Shown: positions 23,837-38,846, numbered from the stretch's first letter. The stretch: DNA of 64,000 nt from Octopus vulgaris (GCA_951406725.2 OX597815.1:60450001-60514000), one strand, 5' to 3'. Made by a program: numbers and translations. Notes: generated from the sequence alone by a model not told the origin.

Positions 23837-26188
23837 AAGGGAGGAAAATGCACAGAGTTTACATAGTTTTAATATATCTTTTATATTTTATATTTTATAA
23901 GTGAAAGGGTATTGCGTTTGTCGACCGGTTTCGCTTTCGCTATTCATGACATTGAAATATTTGTAAATTCGTGTTTTCTTAAGAAGATTTTTGTCCATGT
24001 TGTGTGAACTACAAAACGACAAAGAACTGATAATTAAAGAAGCCGACAAAAGAAGTGTCGTCGTCCTGATGGACTCAGAATACTGCAAAATCCTAGTATT
24101 ACCCATGCTAGAAAACGATATCTTCTACGAAAAAGCTGTAAACTATAAACATCAAAAAACCATGAGAAATCTTTCATCCTTAATTCTTCTACAAATAAAA
24201 AGGCTTGACAGGGAAAGAAATAGATTATATCATGAACCTTAAATGAAAACTGAGTCTTATATGTAAACCTAAAATACACAAGAGCAAGATAGTTAATAAA
24301 ACCTGCAAACAATTATCAGGCAAATACAAAAATGAGAGCCATTATAGTTGACCCAGCCTGTGAAACCCACCGCCTAAGCAATTTTCTAGACAACCTACTG
24401 AAACCCTTACTGAAATATATCAAAAGTTTCATTAGAGACGATCTAGACATGCTTGAGCACCTACCAAAAAACAATTAATAAACCGATATTATTGGTTTCC
24501 TTCGATGTCATTAATCTTTACACCAACATCCCACATGACTATGGAATAGAAGCAAAAGTTCTGGTTGGAAGTACTTCTGGAACGCATGAACCAGATTTTT
24601 ATTTTCTATTTGACGACACCTACTATCGTAAAAAATGTGAAATTGCGAGGGGCACGAAAGCAGTTCCTATTCTTGCGAACCTAATAATGGGATATTTTGA
24701 ATTTACCATGTATGAACTGTTACTGCAAAAATATGGATATCAATTTCACCATTATATAAGAGAGAACTAGAAAAGATATCTGGATGATTGCTTTATCAGT
24801 TGAAATGAGACCATTTATAAACCTTTGGAATTTAAATCAATACTAAATAATATAAGCCCTAACATTCAATTTACAATGGAATATAGCAAATAAAAGCTTC
24901 TTTTCTTAGATATTACGATAAAAAAGGTCAATAACAAAATTGTAACTGACATTTATCTTAAACCAACGGATTCGAAGCAGTATCTCCTATTTAGCTCATG
25001 CCACGCGATACACATCAAGAGAAATATCCCAGAGAGAGTTTTGCACAATAGTTTCTTATGGAAATACTTGGGACATCCGTCTTCAAGACCTCAAAGCAAC
25101 ACTAACCGAAAGGCAATATCTACCCTCACTTATAGACGATGGAGTTAAGCATGCCAAGAAATTAGGCATCAAGACACTAAGTGCAACAAAACACCACACC
25201 TCATCTCAAAACACTACCTTATATATCAACTCACAACCCTAGAAACACTGAAGTATATAACACCCTTGTACAAATTCTATCAGTGCTTACTAGGGATCAA
25301 AAACTGTACAAGATTCTGAAAACACATAAATTCATCAAATGCAAAAAGCAAAACAAACCACTGAAAAGACTTCTAACAAATGCGAAACTTTACACAACAA
25401 CCGCGAAACTAATGGTTAAAAAATGCGGACGCCCAAACTGTGGAACATGCTCCAACCTACTGGAAGTCTCAGAATCCCTATTCAAACAAGGAAAAAGGTT
25501 CACAATTAAAACTAACTTTACTTGTGCTTAAGAGAATCTAATTTATTTTATAAATTGTTCAGGTTGCAGACATAACTATATAGGACAACAAATATGACAC
25601 TGAGACGGAAAACCACACTACATAAGGAACAGATCTGGTTCCCGCATTACAGAGAGATTCCTTTAAGTGAATACATAGAGAGATGTGCAGGTAATATCCA
25701 ACCAGTCTTCACAGTTTTCCCCATTTACCAATGCAAAGAAACAATTTTCGTACAAGAAAATTTATTCATCGAAAAATACAGAACACGTCTGAATATAAAC
25801 GCATGACCAACTTTGGTCCCAGTATATATTTTAATTCATGATCACATATCTATCACTACATATTTCATTTCACTTCTTTAGCTTTTGAGTTTTTGTACAT
25901 TTATTTATACTCCACCCCGCAAAAAAGGAGTAATTATATCCGCTGTCCCGAATAATCACGATCACCAATTACCTCCGTTCAGATTTTCTACTTGTTAATT
26001 CATTCACAAACTTCCTTCCAAAGATATGAACTAAAATCTTCTTAAGAAAATACGAAATTACAATAAGTTCAATGGCATGATTAGTGAAAGCGAAACTGGT
26101 CGACAAACACAATACACTTTCACTTATAAAATATATTTAAAAATATGCTAAAACTTTGTAAACTGTGTGCATTTTCCTTCTTTTATTT
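23836..26188 (+). mobile_element. Decayed Neptune-type PLE with inverted ~150-bp terminal pLTRs
   Basis: IIKEADK, SFDVINLYTNIPH, RYLDD, CGRPNCGTC and YIGQ motifs; 23836-23991 is inverted at 26033-26188. Confidence 0.9.
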
Positions 26189-26192
26189 TATA

Positions 26193-26359
26193 CCAGCAGA
26201 GGCATCCGGCGTTACCCAGGAATGGAATTTTCCCTTATATATTGGAAGAAAAAATCAAAATATGCTGCATAGAATTTTGTTATTCGAAATTCAAATTATT
26301 GTTCAAGTAGGATACAATTTATTCTTTAATTGGAAAATCAGTTCTAAATAATAATGATG

Positions 26360-26425
<66 letters not shown>

Positions 26426-26938
26426 TTAATCGCTCTCATGCGCACACGGTAAGCTAGTTCAGCTGCTCAATGGAATTATGAGAGACCCAAAGAAAACACC
26501 TGAATGGTTAGCAAGTGGCATTACTTACCTACTCCCAAAGAATAACGAAACCAACCTTCCAAAAAACTATCGGCCTATAACGTGTCTATCCACCACGTAT
26601 AAAATCCTAACATCATAGCCATGTGTTGAGAGGGATTCTTTGGGGTTTGAATAATTCACCTCTGGAAACATGGGTGGTTTTTTCAACATCCTTAAACAAC
26701 CCTTATTCAGGGACCGTTTGAGCGGGATGGGCTACTCAACCTGAAGAAAATTCTAACTGGACCCCACCTGCAAGGTTATGTGCTGTTTATCTTGATATGA
26801 GATCACCATGTCGCGCACATATGGTTGTGATGCATGTGCCTGGTGTACCTTTATCAGACGGGTAGTCATGATGGGTATATTGGGCTTCGTATATTTTACC
26901 CCAGTGTCACTTTGATGGCATGAACTGCTCTCTCACTC

Positions 26939-27036
<98 letters not shown>

Positions 27037-28630
27037 TAGTAATAATAATAATAATAAACGAAAATACAAAATTTACCACTTTTATGAAAGGAGATAAATT
27101 CTACCACATATGTTGAAGGAAATTATGTAAGAGCTTCTGGGTAAGCAACATTCTTTGTTTACTGGTTTGAAGCATAGACAAATAACTCTTGCAAACTACC
27201 TACCCTGGAGCGACCAGCATAAAGGTAACCACAAGAAAAGCAATGCAGTAGATTTCAAAGAATGATCTTGAGCTTTATTAATAGACAATGCAAAGCAAAG
27301 TTCACTGGGAATTGTGTTCATTTGAACTCAAATGCCTGTTGGTTTGATTGGAATTCATGGAATGAAAGCCTCTTCCCCAGAATCACATCCATTGATGATG
27401 GTAGCTTCTGTCACATTAGATAGTAATGTCTTCACAATCAACATTAATATAGGAGGATCTGAATTTCTTAGAAGCATTATTAGGACTCCTACCTTCAGAA
27501 AAATTTTATGTAGAGGAGTTCCAGATGGCTCAAGAGAATTAAGAAACACTGTTGGGTAATGGACAGCTTGATTTTCATCGAGGACTGAATCAACTGACTT
27601 GTACTTCTTAATGACTGTTGGAATTTTATTCATGAATTCATGGTTAATCCTTGCAACTGTCTCATGTTTTAGAACAATAATTGCCCTTTCACACAACCAT
27701 GTATATGCATTATAATTATTACTTAAGTCTGGAAATACCATGTTCTTCAATTCAGTTGGGGATTTCCCCATGATAGCAATATGAGCCAAAATGATATCAG
27801 CATTCCCATCAAATTTTCCTTTCCCATCTCCTAATTGGAGGAGCCAGATTGAAAACTGTTTTGCATATTGGTCCTCATGTAATAAAGCTCGCATATTAGT
27901 ATTGAAGGAGAATTTCAGTACTTTATTCTACAGGAGTGAAGACTTAATGCATGCTTTTATTTCATCGGATCTTGTTTGTTTAGGAATGACTGGTAATGTC
28001 TATCTGAAGTCTCCTGATAAAACTAATGTAACTCCTCCCATAGATTTATTGTTGCCTCTGATGTCCTGTAAGGTCTTGCCAAGAGCTTCCATTACAGCTC
28101 TATGTGACATGGTGCATTCAACCCAAATGATAAGGTGGCATTGGCACAACACTTCTGCTGAACCTGAACCTTTGCTTATGTTACAAATTGGGACTGTCAT
28201 TTATAACCAGGTTTAGTGGTAATTTAAAAGCAGAATGAGCTGTTCGTCCTCCTGGGAGAATTGTGGCAGCAAAGCCTGACAATGGTACAGCAACTGCAAT
28301 TCTTTTTTGTTACCTTACCTTGGAGAAAAACAATGTTATGTTTTACCTGTGCCACCAGGAGCATCAAGACAGAAAATTCCTCTGCTTTTTTCTGGCGATT
28401 GAGGAACGCTGTGCACACGCATGCACACACACACACACACACACATGCACACACACACACACACACATGCACACACACACACACACACACACAGAGATAC
28501 ATATACATACAGTATCAAATATCAGATGAAATGGACGTGAGAGAGAGAGAGAGAGAGAGCGAGTAAAGGGGTGTGTTGTCATGCATTTTTACATACATAA
28601 ATAAATAGGTAAACTTCTTTCTTTTGTGTA

Positions 28631-28662
<32 letters not shown>

Positions 28663-28938
28663 AGAGAGAGTGTCACTTAGACATCACTCTCTCTCTCTCT
28701 CTCACATACATAGAAAACAGATGTATGCATATGTAGTTATGTATGCACGTATGCATGACAACACACACCTTCACTCACTCACACACATAAATGAATACAA
28801 ACATACATATAAAAACATACGTGTGCGTGTGTGACTGACTACAAATACATAGAGCTGAACACGGCGTGCAAAAAGAAAATAAATAAATGAATTTTACGGA
28901 AATTAGAACGAAATCAAACCTGGAGTGTGTGTGAGAGT

Positions 28939-29022
<84 letters not shown>

Positions 29023-29383
29023 TGCACACAATGAATGAGATAAACATGGAATGAAAAAATCGTATAAATAAAAGCACGTTAAAACTCTCATGTGCCGAAT
29101 ATTTAAATTTGTGAACTTCGTAAATATTTCTTTCAGTAATTTATCGTAGTTGTTTACAAATAGCGAACATTAAAATAGAGTGTCAATACCGGAAGTTGAC
29201 ATTGAGAAACCTTTTTAAAGAAGTGAATTATAAATATAAAGCAATATATTTTATTTTTAATAAAAAAAATCAAATGAGGACCCTATTATATGTCCGAGGT
29301 CAAATTATTCATGCATCACAAGTATGGAAGTAATTGGTGAAGCCGTTTTCACGTGAAAAGCGAATACACGCACATCTCTATTT

Positions 29384-29395
<12 letters not shown>
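26193..29395 (-). mobile_element. Decayed Helitron with PIF1 helicase remnant (~27130-28400)
   Basis: LDAPGGTGKT, LSGDFR, LEPSGTPLH..KVG..MLLRN; 3' hairpin CCTGGGTAACGCCGG followed by CTGG|T at 26193; 5' end merges into (TA)n. Confidence 0.8.
26430..26940 (+). mobile_element. Dong-like RT fragment (26430-26597) joined to an unrelated non-LTR-like 3' tail, between (TAA)n tracts
   Basis: PEWLASGITYLLPKNNETNLPKNYRPITCLSTTYKILTS; tail ends ctcactcaa-(TAA)n. Confidence 0.7.
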
Positions 29396-29420
<25 letters not shown>

Positions 29421-29421
<1 letters not shown>

Positions 29422-30413
29422 TAGCATTAAAGACCCGTCGTTGCCGGGTCATAGTGCTAGTGCATGTATATATGTGTATATATATGTGTGTACATATTAC
29501 ATACATCTTACATACATCTACATATATTACATACATCTACATATAAAATACAAAATACAAAGTTATATCTTGATATCGCTAGTGATAACAATACTCAAAA
29601 TATATAACAGACTGGAATTGTTAGCCCGTCACTTGTAATTTCGATCAATTGTATCTTGTCCTCCCTCTTGTATAGAAGTGTGGCTACAATCCAGCCTACC
29701 TCTATTTCTGGTGGAGAGGGGCATTTTTTATTTTTTTCCGGGACGTCCTACGTCCCAGATATAAAGGTAAAAGTAAAATATTTCCACTTTGCAAGTTCGA
29801 GTCGAGTACTCCCTTGCACGCTCCGTTGACTCGAACCTTGCTTCTATTGTGGCGAATTTACCTTTCATAGTCACACCAAGACACTTTTCGAAGGTGCTTT
29901 CTTCCATGTGTTCAAATCTTTTTTCTCTACATTGTATACTTTATAGACAATAGTCTTTTTTAAATTTAATTTTTTATTATCCATCTGAACTGTTCCATTT
30001 CTGCACGCTAATTTTATTTTTAATTTATTCCCATTCATGTGAAACCACTTATTCAAGTTCAAGTCATTGATGCAATTTTATACCAATTGCTATTTTTACT
30101 TTTGTTATGTTACGATTATATTATACTTTAGTCTGATTTTAATTAGTACTTACTACATATAATTCAATTGTTATTAATATCTCTAATTTTTATTGTTAAA
30201 GTGAAAGTATCTGACATAAAATAGAGAAATGTTTTTGTTTCACTTTTAACAAGTAATACTGAAATAGTGGAGAAAGTTGAACATTTTTTTGCCCGTGAAA
30301 CTACATGGACCCTAAGTAAGGCATGTGTAAAATTTGAATGAAATTGGTTGTGTAGTTCTCAAGTTTTAGGGAAGCACAGACAGACAGACACGTATTCTCA
30401 GTTTATATCAAGA
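29421..30413 (-). mobile_element. Non-autonomous Helitron (~1 kb)
   Basis: 5' TC after A at 30413; (GTCT)n subterminal repeat; 3' GACCCG..CGGGTC hairpin then CTAG|T at 29421. Confidence 0.75.
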
Positions 30414-30427
30414 TATATATATATATA

Positions 30428-30548
30428 TTGGCCTGCTCGCTTAGCCAGCGGGGTGGCGTCATTCGAAGGCTAAAACAATGCGAAAGCTTTGTGACCAGCG
30501 ATGTGTAACAACATTTGATGGTCTGGTCAGTCACGTGATCACGTGATA
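30428..30548. repeat. Short structured interspersed repeat in (TA)n, copy 2
   Basis: Matches 15856-15970. Confidence 0.8.
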
Positions 30549-30611
30549 TATATATATATATTGCATTATAACTCACCACGTGATCTAAATTCTCCTCCCT
30601 CCCTTTTGTTA

Positions 30612-30661
<50 letters not shown>

Positions 30662-30699
30662 TTGTTCGACTGTAACATGGTCATTGTCAAACGACTGAA

Positions 30700-31062
30700 A
30701 CAGCCACATGGTTCTGTGTCCAGTCCCACTGAGTGGCACCTTGTGCACGTGTCTTCTACTATAGCCTCGGACAGACTAAAGCCTTATGAGTGGATTTAGT
30801 AGGCGGAAACTGAAAGAAGCCCGTCGCAGTTATATCTATGTGTGTGTCTTTGTGTCTGTGTTTGTCCTCCATACCACTTGATAACTGGTGCTGTTGTTTT
30901 TGCGTCCCTAAAACTAGCGGTTTGGCAAAAGACACCGATATAATAAGTACTAGGCTTTAAAAAATAAGTCCTGGGGTCGACCTTTTCGGCTAAAAATCCA
31001 TTCAAGTTGGTGCTCCAGCATGGCTGCAGTCAAATGACTGAAATATGTAAAAGAATAAAAGA
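30700..31062 (+). mobile_element. SINE (CORE-like family), 5'-truncated
   Basis: Body and tail ggtgctccagcatggctgcagtcaaatgactgaaa match 44177-44597. Confidence 0.85.
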
Positions 31063-31105
<43 letters not shown>

Positions 31106-32169
31106 TACAGACGCATACATACATATAGAGATTTAATGTATATGTGCATAAAGGAAATTTTCTTGGAAGAAAATCTGCAGTTTCTAACTTTTCAACCAAA
31201 CATACGTTAAGTATGTTATATTTATATAAATATTTTACAGCAGTTAGAAAATCTCTACTGAGAATATATTGTCACTTAAACATGGCTGTTCCGTAGGAGC
31301 CGACAATACTGCTATCTTTAACCCCGTGAATCGACTCCTCCAGTTAGTTATTCGATGCAATCTGCACCCGATATATATTGCAAACAGGAGAGTGAACCCC
31401 TACATTCTTCTAGCCACGAGACCCCCAGACCATACGGTTTCGATATTTTTTTACAATGGAGCTGCTTTTATTGACTTATTCGAATATATAAATATGATTA
31501 TCACACTTCCTTTGCGGCTGAAGAGGTTTAATAGAAGTGAAACATGTACATTGGTTGTAGTAGTTTGCTTTAAAGACTAGATACGCTCCGAGTTGCATTA
31601 AATATATTATACAATTAATCTTCTTTGTTTTTACCATTTAACCATCTCAGAATGGTTTCTTGCACTTTTTCTATACAAACCGTTTTGGCATCATCTTTTG
31701 CCTTTCGAGATTGTCTCTACAGATATGACCAGCCTGTCTTATTTTCAGATATAGTATAATGAGGATTATAGGATCAAAGCCTTACTACTTCGTTTAAAAG
31801 CGTAGGGTATTATTTAGAGGAAGATTTCGCCACCGTTTCTAGTTATCAAAGTCATCTAAATAATCAAGTCATTATTTAGATTACTTATTTTGGTGCGCCC
31901 AAGTTTTCTTTCTGTAGTCATCGATCAATAGAGCTTCAGCAAAATCGATACAACCACCGCCAACCAGAGACAGACACTAAAGAACAACATGGAGCCTGTC
32001 CCCTCAGTCAAATCAAAATCCTCTCTCCCCATTGTTCCTTTCAGTCGATCTATCTCCCACTTTTCTTTCTTCTTTCCACCATTATTACTTTCATTCTCTC
32101 TTTGTTTTACCGCTTATCTCTAGTCTGCATCTTATCTATTTATATTCATTCCCCTTCATTCTTTATTGA

Positions 32170-32318
32170 TTACCTTCCTTCCTTCCTCCCTTCTTTCCTT
32201 CCTTCCTTCCTTCCTTCCTTCCTTTTTTCCTTCAAGTCTTTCAGTTTCTCATTCCTTCATTATATATTGTTTTTTATTCTTTTTCTGTTTCGTCTTCTAC
32301 CACATTCTTCGGTGTCCT

Positions 32319-32382
<64 letters not shown>

Positions 32383-32555
32383 TACTCTGATGGACCAATT
32401 TCTTCTTTTTCACCATTACCACCACCTGTATGCATGCATACATGTATGTATGTATGTATGTATGTATGTATGTATGTATGTATGTATGTATGTATGTATG
32501 CATGTACACATTGTATCTGTCTGTGTACACACACACACACATATATATATATATA

Positions 32556-32616
<61 letters not shown>

Positions 32617-34130
32617 CTGCTCCTTCCATACAATTTTTATTTATATCCCTTTTATAACTTGCTCTTTCACGTTTTCCTTCTCTCTTTATTTTCATTCTTT
32701 CGTTCATTTGTTGCTTTCTTCCCTGTTCTTTTTCATTCCTGAAAATAACTAACTCCCTTTTCTTTCTTTCTGCTTATGTCACCTTACCCTCTATCCAACT
32801 ATTCCACTTCCACATCCTCTACCAGTTCCTTCATCCCAAACAAAGTCTCATTTTCTTCTTCCGAGCTCCGACCCTACCATCACACATCGGAAACAATGCA
32901 TTGATCTGAATCAAATCTGTCTTGTTGGATTCCGAGCACGTACTTTGATGGTGCATGTATGGATGAGAATACGTGATATATACATATATGTGTTATATAT
33001 ATATCTGTTTACATGTTTTATATATACATTTATATTTATATTTATACATACATTCACACGCCGCATTCGTCACACTCTCTCACAGACAAGCCAGTCCTCC
33101 CCCCCCCCCCCCCGTAATATCTCTGTTCCAGGAGGAATAACCTCGCTTCCAGTAAGTCTGAATACTGAGATTCCACAGGATTGCCACGTGAAGATAATGG
33201 AAATGGAGATAATCACCGCAAGGTGTTCTCTTAGGATGTGGCTGTTGTCGTCATAGTCATCGTTATCATTATTTTATCATCATCGTCGTCATCGTCGTTG
33301 TTGTCGGTATCGTCATGATCATCATGATCATCTTGATTATGGTCATGATCATGATCACTTTCATCTTTATGGTCGTCACCATCCTTAACATCATCAACAG
33401 CAGCATTTTTCAGCATCATATCACCCTTACGCCAACTAGCCACCTCCTACTGCTCCATACCATCTCCTCTACATCATCGTTATCGTCATCATCATGATCA
33501 TAATGATGATGATCATGATCATGATCATAATCATGATGATGATGATCATCATCATCATCATCAACTGCAGCATCTTCTACCTCAACCATCCACATCCTAC
33601 TCCTCCTTACCACCGCCTCCTCCACCATCCCCCAACCGCCTCCACTTCATCATCATCATTATTATTATGACTTCATCCTCGTCATTTATTATCGTCAGCG
33701 CCATTATGAGCATAAGCCCTATCACCGTTTCTACGTCCCGTCGCTACCTCAAACCTTCTTCATCACCATAGCCAAGCGCAATCGACTTTCTCCACATCAT
33801 CATTATCATCATCATTACCATACCAACATCATAATAATTCTTTACTATCACCACTCCCATCTCTATCATCACGGTTACATTACCAAAACAACCTACCTCC
33901 TCTTTCACCATAGCTCCATCCTCACTGGCATCACCTCTACCACCACTAACAATAGCAACAACATTGCCAGCACAACCACTACCAATACCAACACCACTCT
34001 CACTACCATTCCTGCTGCTACTGCTACTAGTACTACATCCCCCCCAGCACTACCACCAATACCACCACCACCAAGAACAACAACAGCAGCAGCAACAATA
34101 ACAACAATGACGACGACCATAACAACAAAT
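32170..34130. repeat. Low-complexity field of (TTCC)n, (TTTC)n, (TATG)n, (ATC)n and (ACC)n
   Basis: Direct reading. Confidence 0.85.
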
Positions 34131-35359
34131 CTGAAAATGTAAAAACCATTTTATTCTGATATTAGTACTGAAAAATTGCAAAACTCAAGAGTTTTTCTTC
34201 GCTCTAGGTTGTCTCCCTTCATTCAAGACAAAAGTAATCGAGATATTTTACAGAACAGAGAATGACAGCGAGGAAGGTGAACGAAAAATGGATTCTGAGT
34301 ATTATGGGGAAAACAGAATGATGGAAACAAGAAAGACGACAGCAGGATAGAAGAGAGACAGTGACTGGATGCTACTTGTTGGATGATGGTAAGGGGATGG
34401 AGTAGAAAGGCAGCATAAGTAGCATAATATGGTGGGACACGGAGAAAGGAGTGACGTTATAGGTAGGGTGATGCAGGGTGGGGGCATAATGGAATTGAAG
34501 GAAAAGGATATATGTCAAGAAGAAGTGATGTAGAAGTGAGAAAAGAGATTGAAGGGAGAAGGCTAGAAATGACGATAAAGAATAAAGAGGAAGGGAGAGA
34601 GAGAGGAGGAGGAAGGAGAGAATAAAGATGGGAGACGGTAAGAGAGAATGATAGCTGTCAATGAAGAATGATATGGGGGAGGGAAATGGTTTGCAGCATA
34701 TAAGGGTAGGGAATATTTAAGTACAAATAGATCCTAAGGTATTCCTCTTTACTCAGGCATTGTGATGCAATGATAAATTGACCACTTCAGTTTTTACGAC
34801 CGTTTGCGAAGCTTAACGGGCAAACAAGTCTTCTTCAGCACCACATATCGCCATTCGTTTTGATTCTCTGACAGTTTCTTCATGAAGTTCAAATTCTTAA
34901 AATCGGTTTTCACCAGTTTGTCCTGTGCTTTTCTCAGTCTTCCACTTCCACGGTACTGACCCCTTCAAGCAGTCAGCACTACTTTACACCACTGGCACTT
35001 TTTTCCCGCGTATGCACACGCATATATGTATGTATGCATATGTATATACATACATCTACGTGCGCGGGCGTATGTGTGTGTTTATTTCTTTACTGTGTTC
35101 TTGTGTTAGGAAGAAAGAAAAGAGTGCCAAATAGGTTTTGTGGAATTAATATATTCTTGAAACTCACTCTTATGGTACAAGACTGGTAGGATTTTACATT
35201 TTAGGCTAACAACATGTAAATTCCAAAATCTTGATGCATTGGTATAGGGAGGTGATGGCCTTGCTGTTGTCTCTCACGACTCAAATTTTCCTCACAATAT
35301 GCATACATATAAACATACCTACACGTGAGCACGCACATACACATATACACACAAATATA

Positions 35360-36650
35360 CGAGGGGCGTTCAATAAGTAATGCCCCTGACCCACTTCCCA
35401 TAGCAGTAGAGCAACGAAACTTGGAACAGTTATTAGTCTTTTTCTACATAGGAACCACCCAGAGATACGCATTTCTCCCATCGTTTGATGCAGCTCTGAA
35501 GACCGTTTTTGTAGAAGACTCCAGCTTGGTCTTCCAACCACGACGTGACTTCAGAAATCAAGGCTGCATCATATGGGAAACGCTTTCCTTTCAAAAACAA
35601 CTTCATGGCTGGGAAGAGGTGAAAATCAGAGGGTGCAAGGTCAGGAGAGTAGGGGGTATGGGGGAGGAATTCATAGCCGCACGCCTGTGCTTCTGATCTG
35701 GCAACACGCGAGTTGTGGATCGGAGCGTTGTCCTGCAGGAGGAGGATGCCTTTGCTGATCTTGCCCCGCCTCTTGATTTTGATAGCTTCTCTTAATTTCC
35801 TCAAAAGTGAAGCATAATAGACTCCTGTAATTGTGGCACCCTTTGCCAGGAAATCTGTCATCACTACTCCGTCTTGGTCCCAGAAGACTGTAAGCATGAC
35901 CTTGCCAGCGGAGGGCTGCACCCTTGCCTTCTTTGGAGGAGGTGAGTCACGGTGCTTCCACTGCATTGACTGGGCTTTGGTCTCTGGATCATAGTGATGG
36001 ACCCAGGTTTTATCCTATGCAATCAGTCTTTTGAAAAATTTTGACTCATCTTCTTGGCACATCTCCAAATTCATCCTCGAGCAATCGACGCGTTTTGCTT
36101 CTGGAAAGGTGTGAGCAATCTGGGAATCCATCTGGCAGACACCTTTTGCATATGCAAATGGTCATGAATGATAGTTTCCACAGACCCGGTACTAATCTTG
36201 ACCTCATGGGCTATTTGGCGAATAGTTATGCGTCGATCTTCCAAAATGGCAGCCTCAACTTGACAGACAGATGCCTCATCAATGGCAGAAGGGGGCGACC
36301 AGATCTGGGAGCTGTTTCCACAGAGTTCCGACCATGTTTGAATTCACGAGGCCAGCGTTTTACAAGGTCATATGATGGGGCATCATCACCATAAGTTACT
36401 TTCATTTCATCAAAAGTCTCCCGTGGTGTGCGTCCTATCAAATACAAAAACCGGATCACTGCTCGACACTCAACAAGCTCCATTTCACACTTGACTCGTT
36501 TCAAACACATGTAAATCAGAAACCACAATTAATTCAGAGCTGTAATTTGCCACTTCATCTATAGAGATATAAATGATTGCACATGCAAAATTTCAGCAAG
36601 ATCAAACAACTGCAAGTGGGTCAGAGGCATTACTTATTGAACGCCCCTCG
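35360..36650 (-). mobile_element. Full-length mariner DNA transposon (1291 bp)
   Basis: 37-bp TIRs cgaggggcgttcaataagtaatgcc(c/t)ctgacccactt; TA duplication at 35358-35359 and 36651-36652. Confidence 0.95.
35433..36483 (-). pseudogene. Mariner DD34D transposase, frameshifted
   Basis: MELVECRAVIRFL HTH; GKVMLTVFWD; QDNAPIH; YSPDLAPSDFHLF. Confidence 0.92.
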
Positions 36651-37203
36651 TATACACATAAATAGTTAGATAAATAGATAAATAGATAGATAGTTGGATG
36701 GAACAAATTGTTAATAACTATTAGATCCGACCAGTATTAGCAATCATTATTTTCTAAACATTAGATTCTTCATAGACACCGACAAATACCAATGATTGAA
36801 AAAGTAGAATGAGATGCTAATGTACATTAAGACTGATTCTAAATACCTCCACGTAACAATAAAACATTTAGTTAGTAATATAAACTGAATATATCATCTT
36901 ATATATCCTCTATTTGAGCCACTTTCAACTAAGCTGCCAACTTCTATGATAATGTATGATAATATTTATCTAAAATATTGAGCAACATGTTTGATATACA
37001 ATCATGTTTTATTATTTGTCAAATATGAATCGTTCCAAGCATTTATTTATGCAAAATGGAAATATGTCAGACTAAACCAAAGTTCCTTATTAAATTTTCG
37101 TCGTGACCATCCGTCTAGTTCCTTTCGGACTACATTACTCGATGTTTCCTGGTTTACTAATACTTTATGAAATGACAAAAAGCATATGGTATAGTCACGT
37201 CTG

Positions 37204-37433
37204 GGCGGCGATCTGGTAGAATCGTTAGCACGTCGGGCGAAATGCTTAGCGGTATTTCGGCTGCCGTTACGTTCTGAGTTCAAATTCCGCCGAGGTCGAC
37301 TTTGCCTTTCATCCTTTCGGGGTCGATTAAATAAGTACCAGTTACGCACTGAGGTCGATATAATCGACTTAATCCGTTTGTCTGTCCTTGTTTGTCCTCT
37401 CTGTGAGTAGCCCCTGTGGGTAGTAAAGAAATA
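37204..37433 (+). mobile_element. Full-length tRNA-derived Nin-domain SINE with Tx1-like tail
   Basis: A/B boxes and Nin-like body; TSD ggtatagtcacgtc(Y)g at 37188-37203 and 37434-37449. Confidence 0.9.
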
Positions 37434-37812
37434 GGTATAGTCACGTCCGGAACGGCATCAATGATTGGTCTGCTTGTTCAGGAGTAACCTAGAGCAAATT
37501 CGACCTAAGTTGCACCGACCGGCCCCAGATTAAACTATGAAAAACTTGCTCAAGGAGCTGCGCAGCGGGAGGGAACCGAGAACCACAGTGTGAGGCAAAC
37601 TTTTTACCCACGGGGCAAGGCTTGTGTTTTCCATTTACAAAAACCATTTTTACAAAACCCACGCTTACGCAGTTTCAAATATGTGTGTGTTAGAATACGT
37701 GTGTGTGTTTGTGATGCATGTATGTATATGTATATGTATGTAGATGTATATATATATATGTGTGTGTGTATATATATGTATGTATATGTACGTATATATA
37801 TATGTATATGTA

Positions 37813-37846
<34 letters not shown>

Positions 37847-38457
37847 GCATACATATATTTACATATATACATATATAGCAATATATTTACATGCATAATA
37901 TACATATGCATATATATATACAGATATATACATATACCTATACATACGTTATATATTATTTATAAATGAAGTAAAGTTATGGGTGGAAAATATGATTGAA
38001 CTTTCAACGACGAACATGCATGTAAACACGTCTGCCGTTATAGACTGTTGTTCCGGTGAAGAAACGTAAACAGCACATACATACATACGTACACAGATAG
38101 TTATAAATAAATATATATATGTGTATTTGTATACATATCATATGTAAATGTGTGTGTGTGTGCATATGTGTGTGCGTGAGTGTATGTGTGTGTGTGTGTA
38201 TGTGTGTGTGCATTTGTGTGTGTATATTCCTCGTGAAAAAATATACCAACGGCTTCAACTTCTTCATAGCATGTTTATGATCAACATGTTTATACGAGAA
38301 CATGCATACCGATATACTGAAGTAGAGGATACGTATAAATATATACAGTCTGTGCATATGTGTATGTTTATATTATACGTACATGCATATATACACAGAA
38401 AATGAGAACGAGAGAAAGAGAGACAGAAGCAAAGAGTGAGAGAGAGAGAGAGAGGTA

Positions 38458-38488
<31 letters not shown>

Positions 38489-38790
38489 GCAGACAGACAC
38501 GCATATTTTTGAATCAGTTTTTTGATTATATTGAATTATATGGTTGTATCTGTGTGATTCTTTTATGACTGATTAAATTCTTTAGTTTGTAGATAGTTGT
38601 TGTTGTTTTGTATGTGTGTGCGTGTGTGCGTGCATGTGTGTATGTGTGGGTATGTGTGGGTATGTGTGTGTGAGTGTATGCAAGGTACGACTTTCTTTTA
38701 TGTGTCTGAATAAAACAGACATGTGTATACGTGTATGTCATAATGTGTCCAGTGTAAGTAAACTAACATCCAAACAAAGAATTCGAAGGT

Positions 38791-38846
<56 letters not shown>

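Noticed and set aside
31505-31555. CTGAAGA..GAAACATGTA hammerhead-like string
   Set aside because: Stems I and II do not pair convincingly
33132-33151. Possible 20-nt microexon (ttccag..gtaagt)
   Set aside because: Frame-shifting length, low-complexity surroundings and no supporting exons
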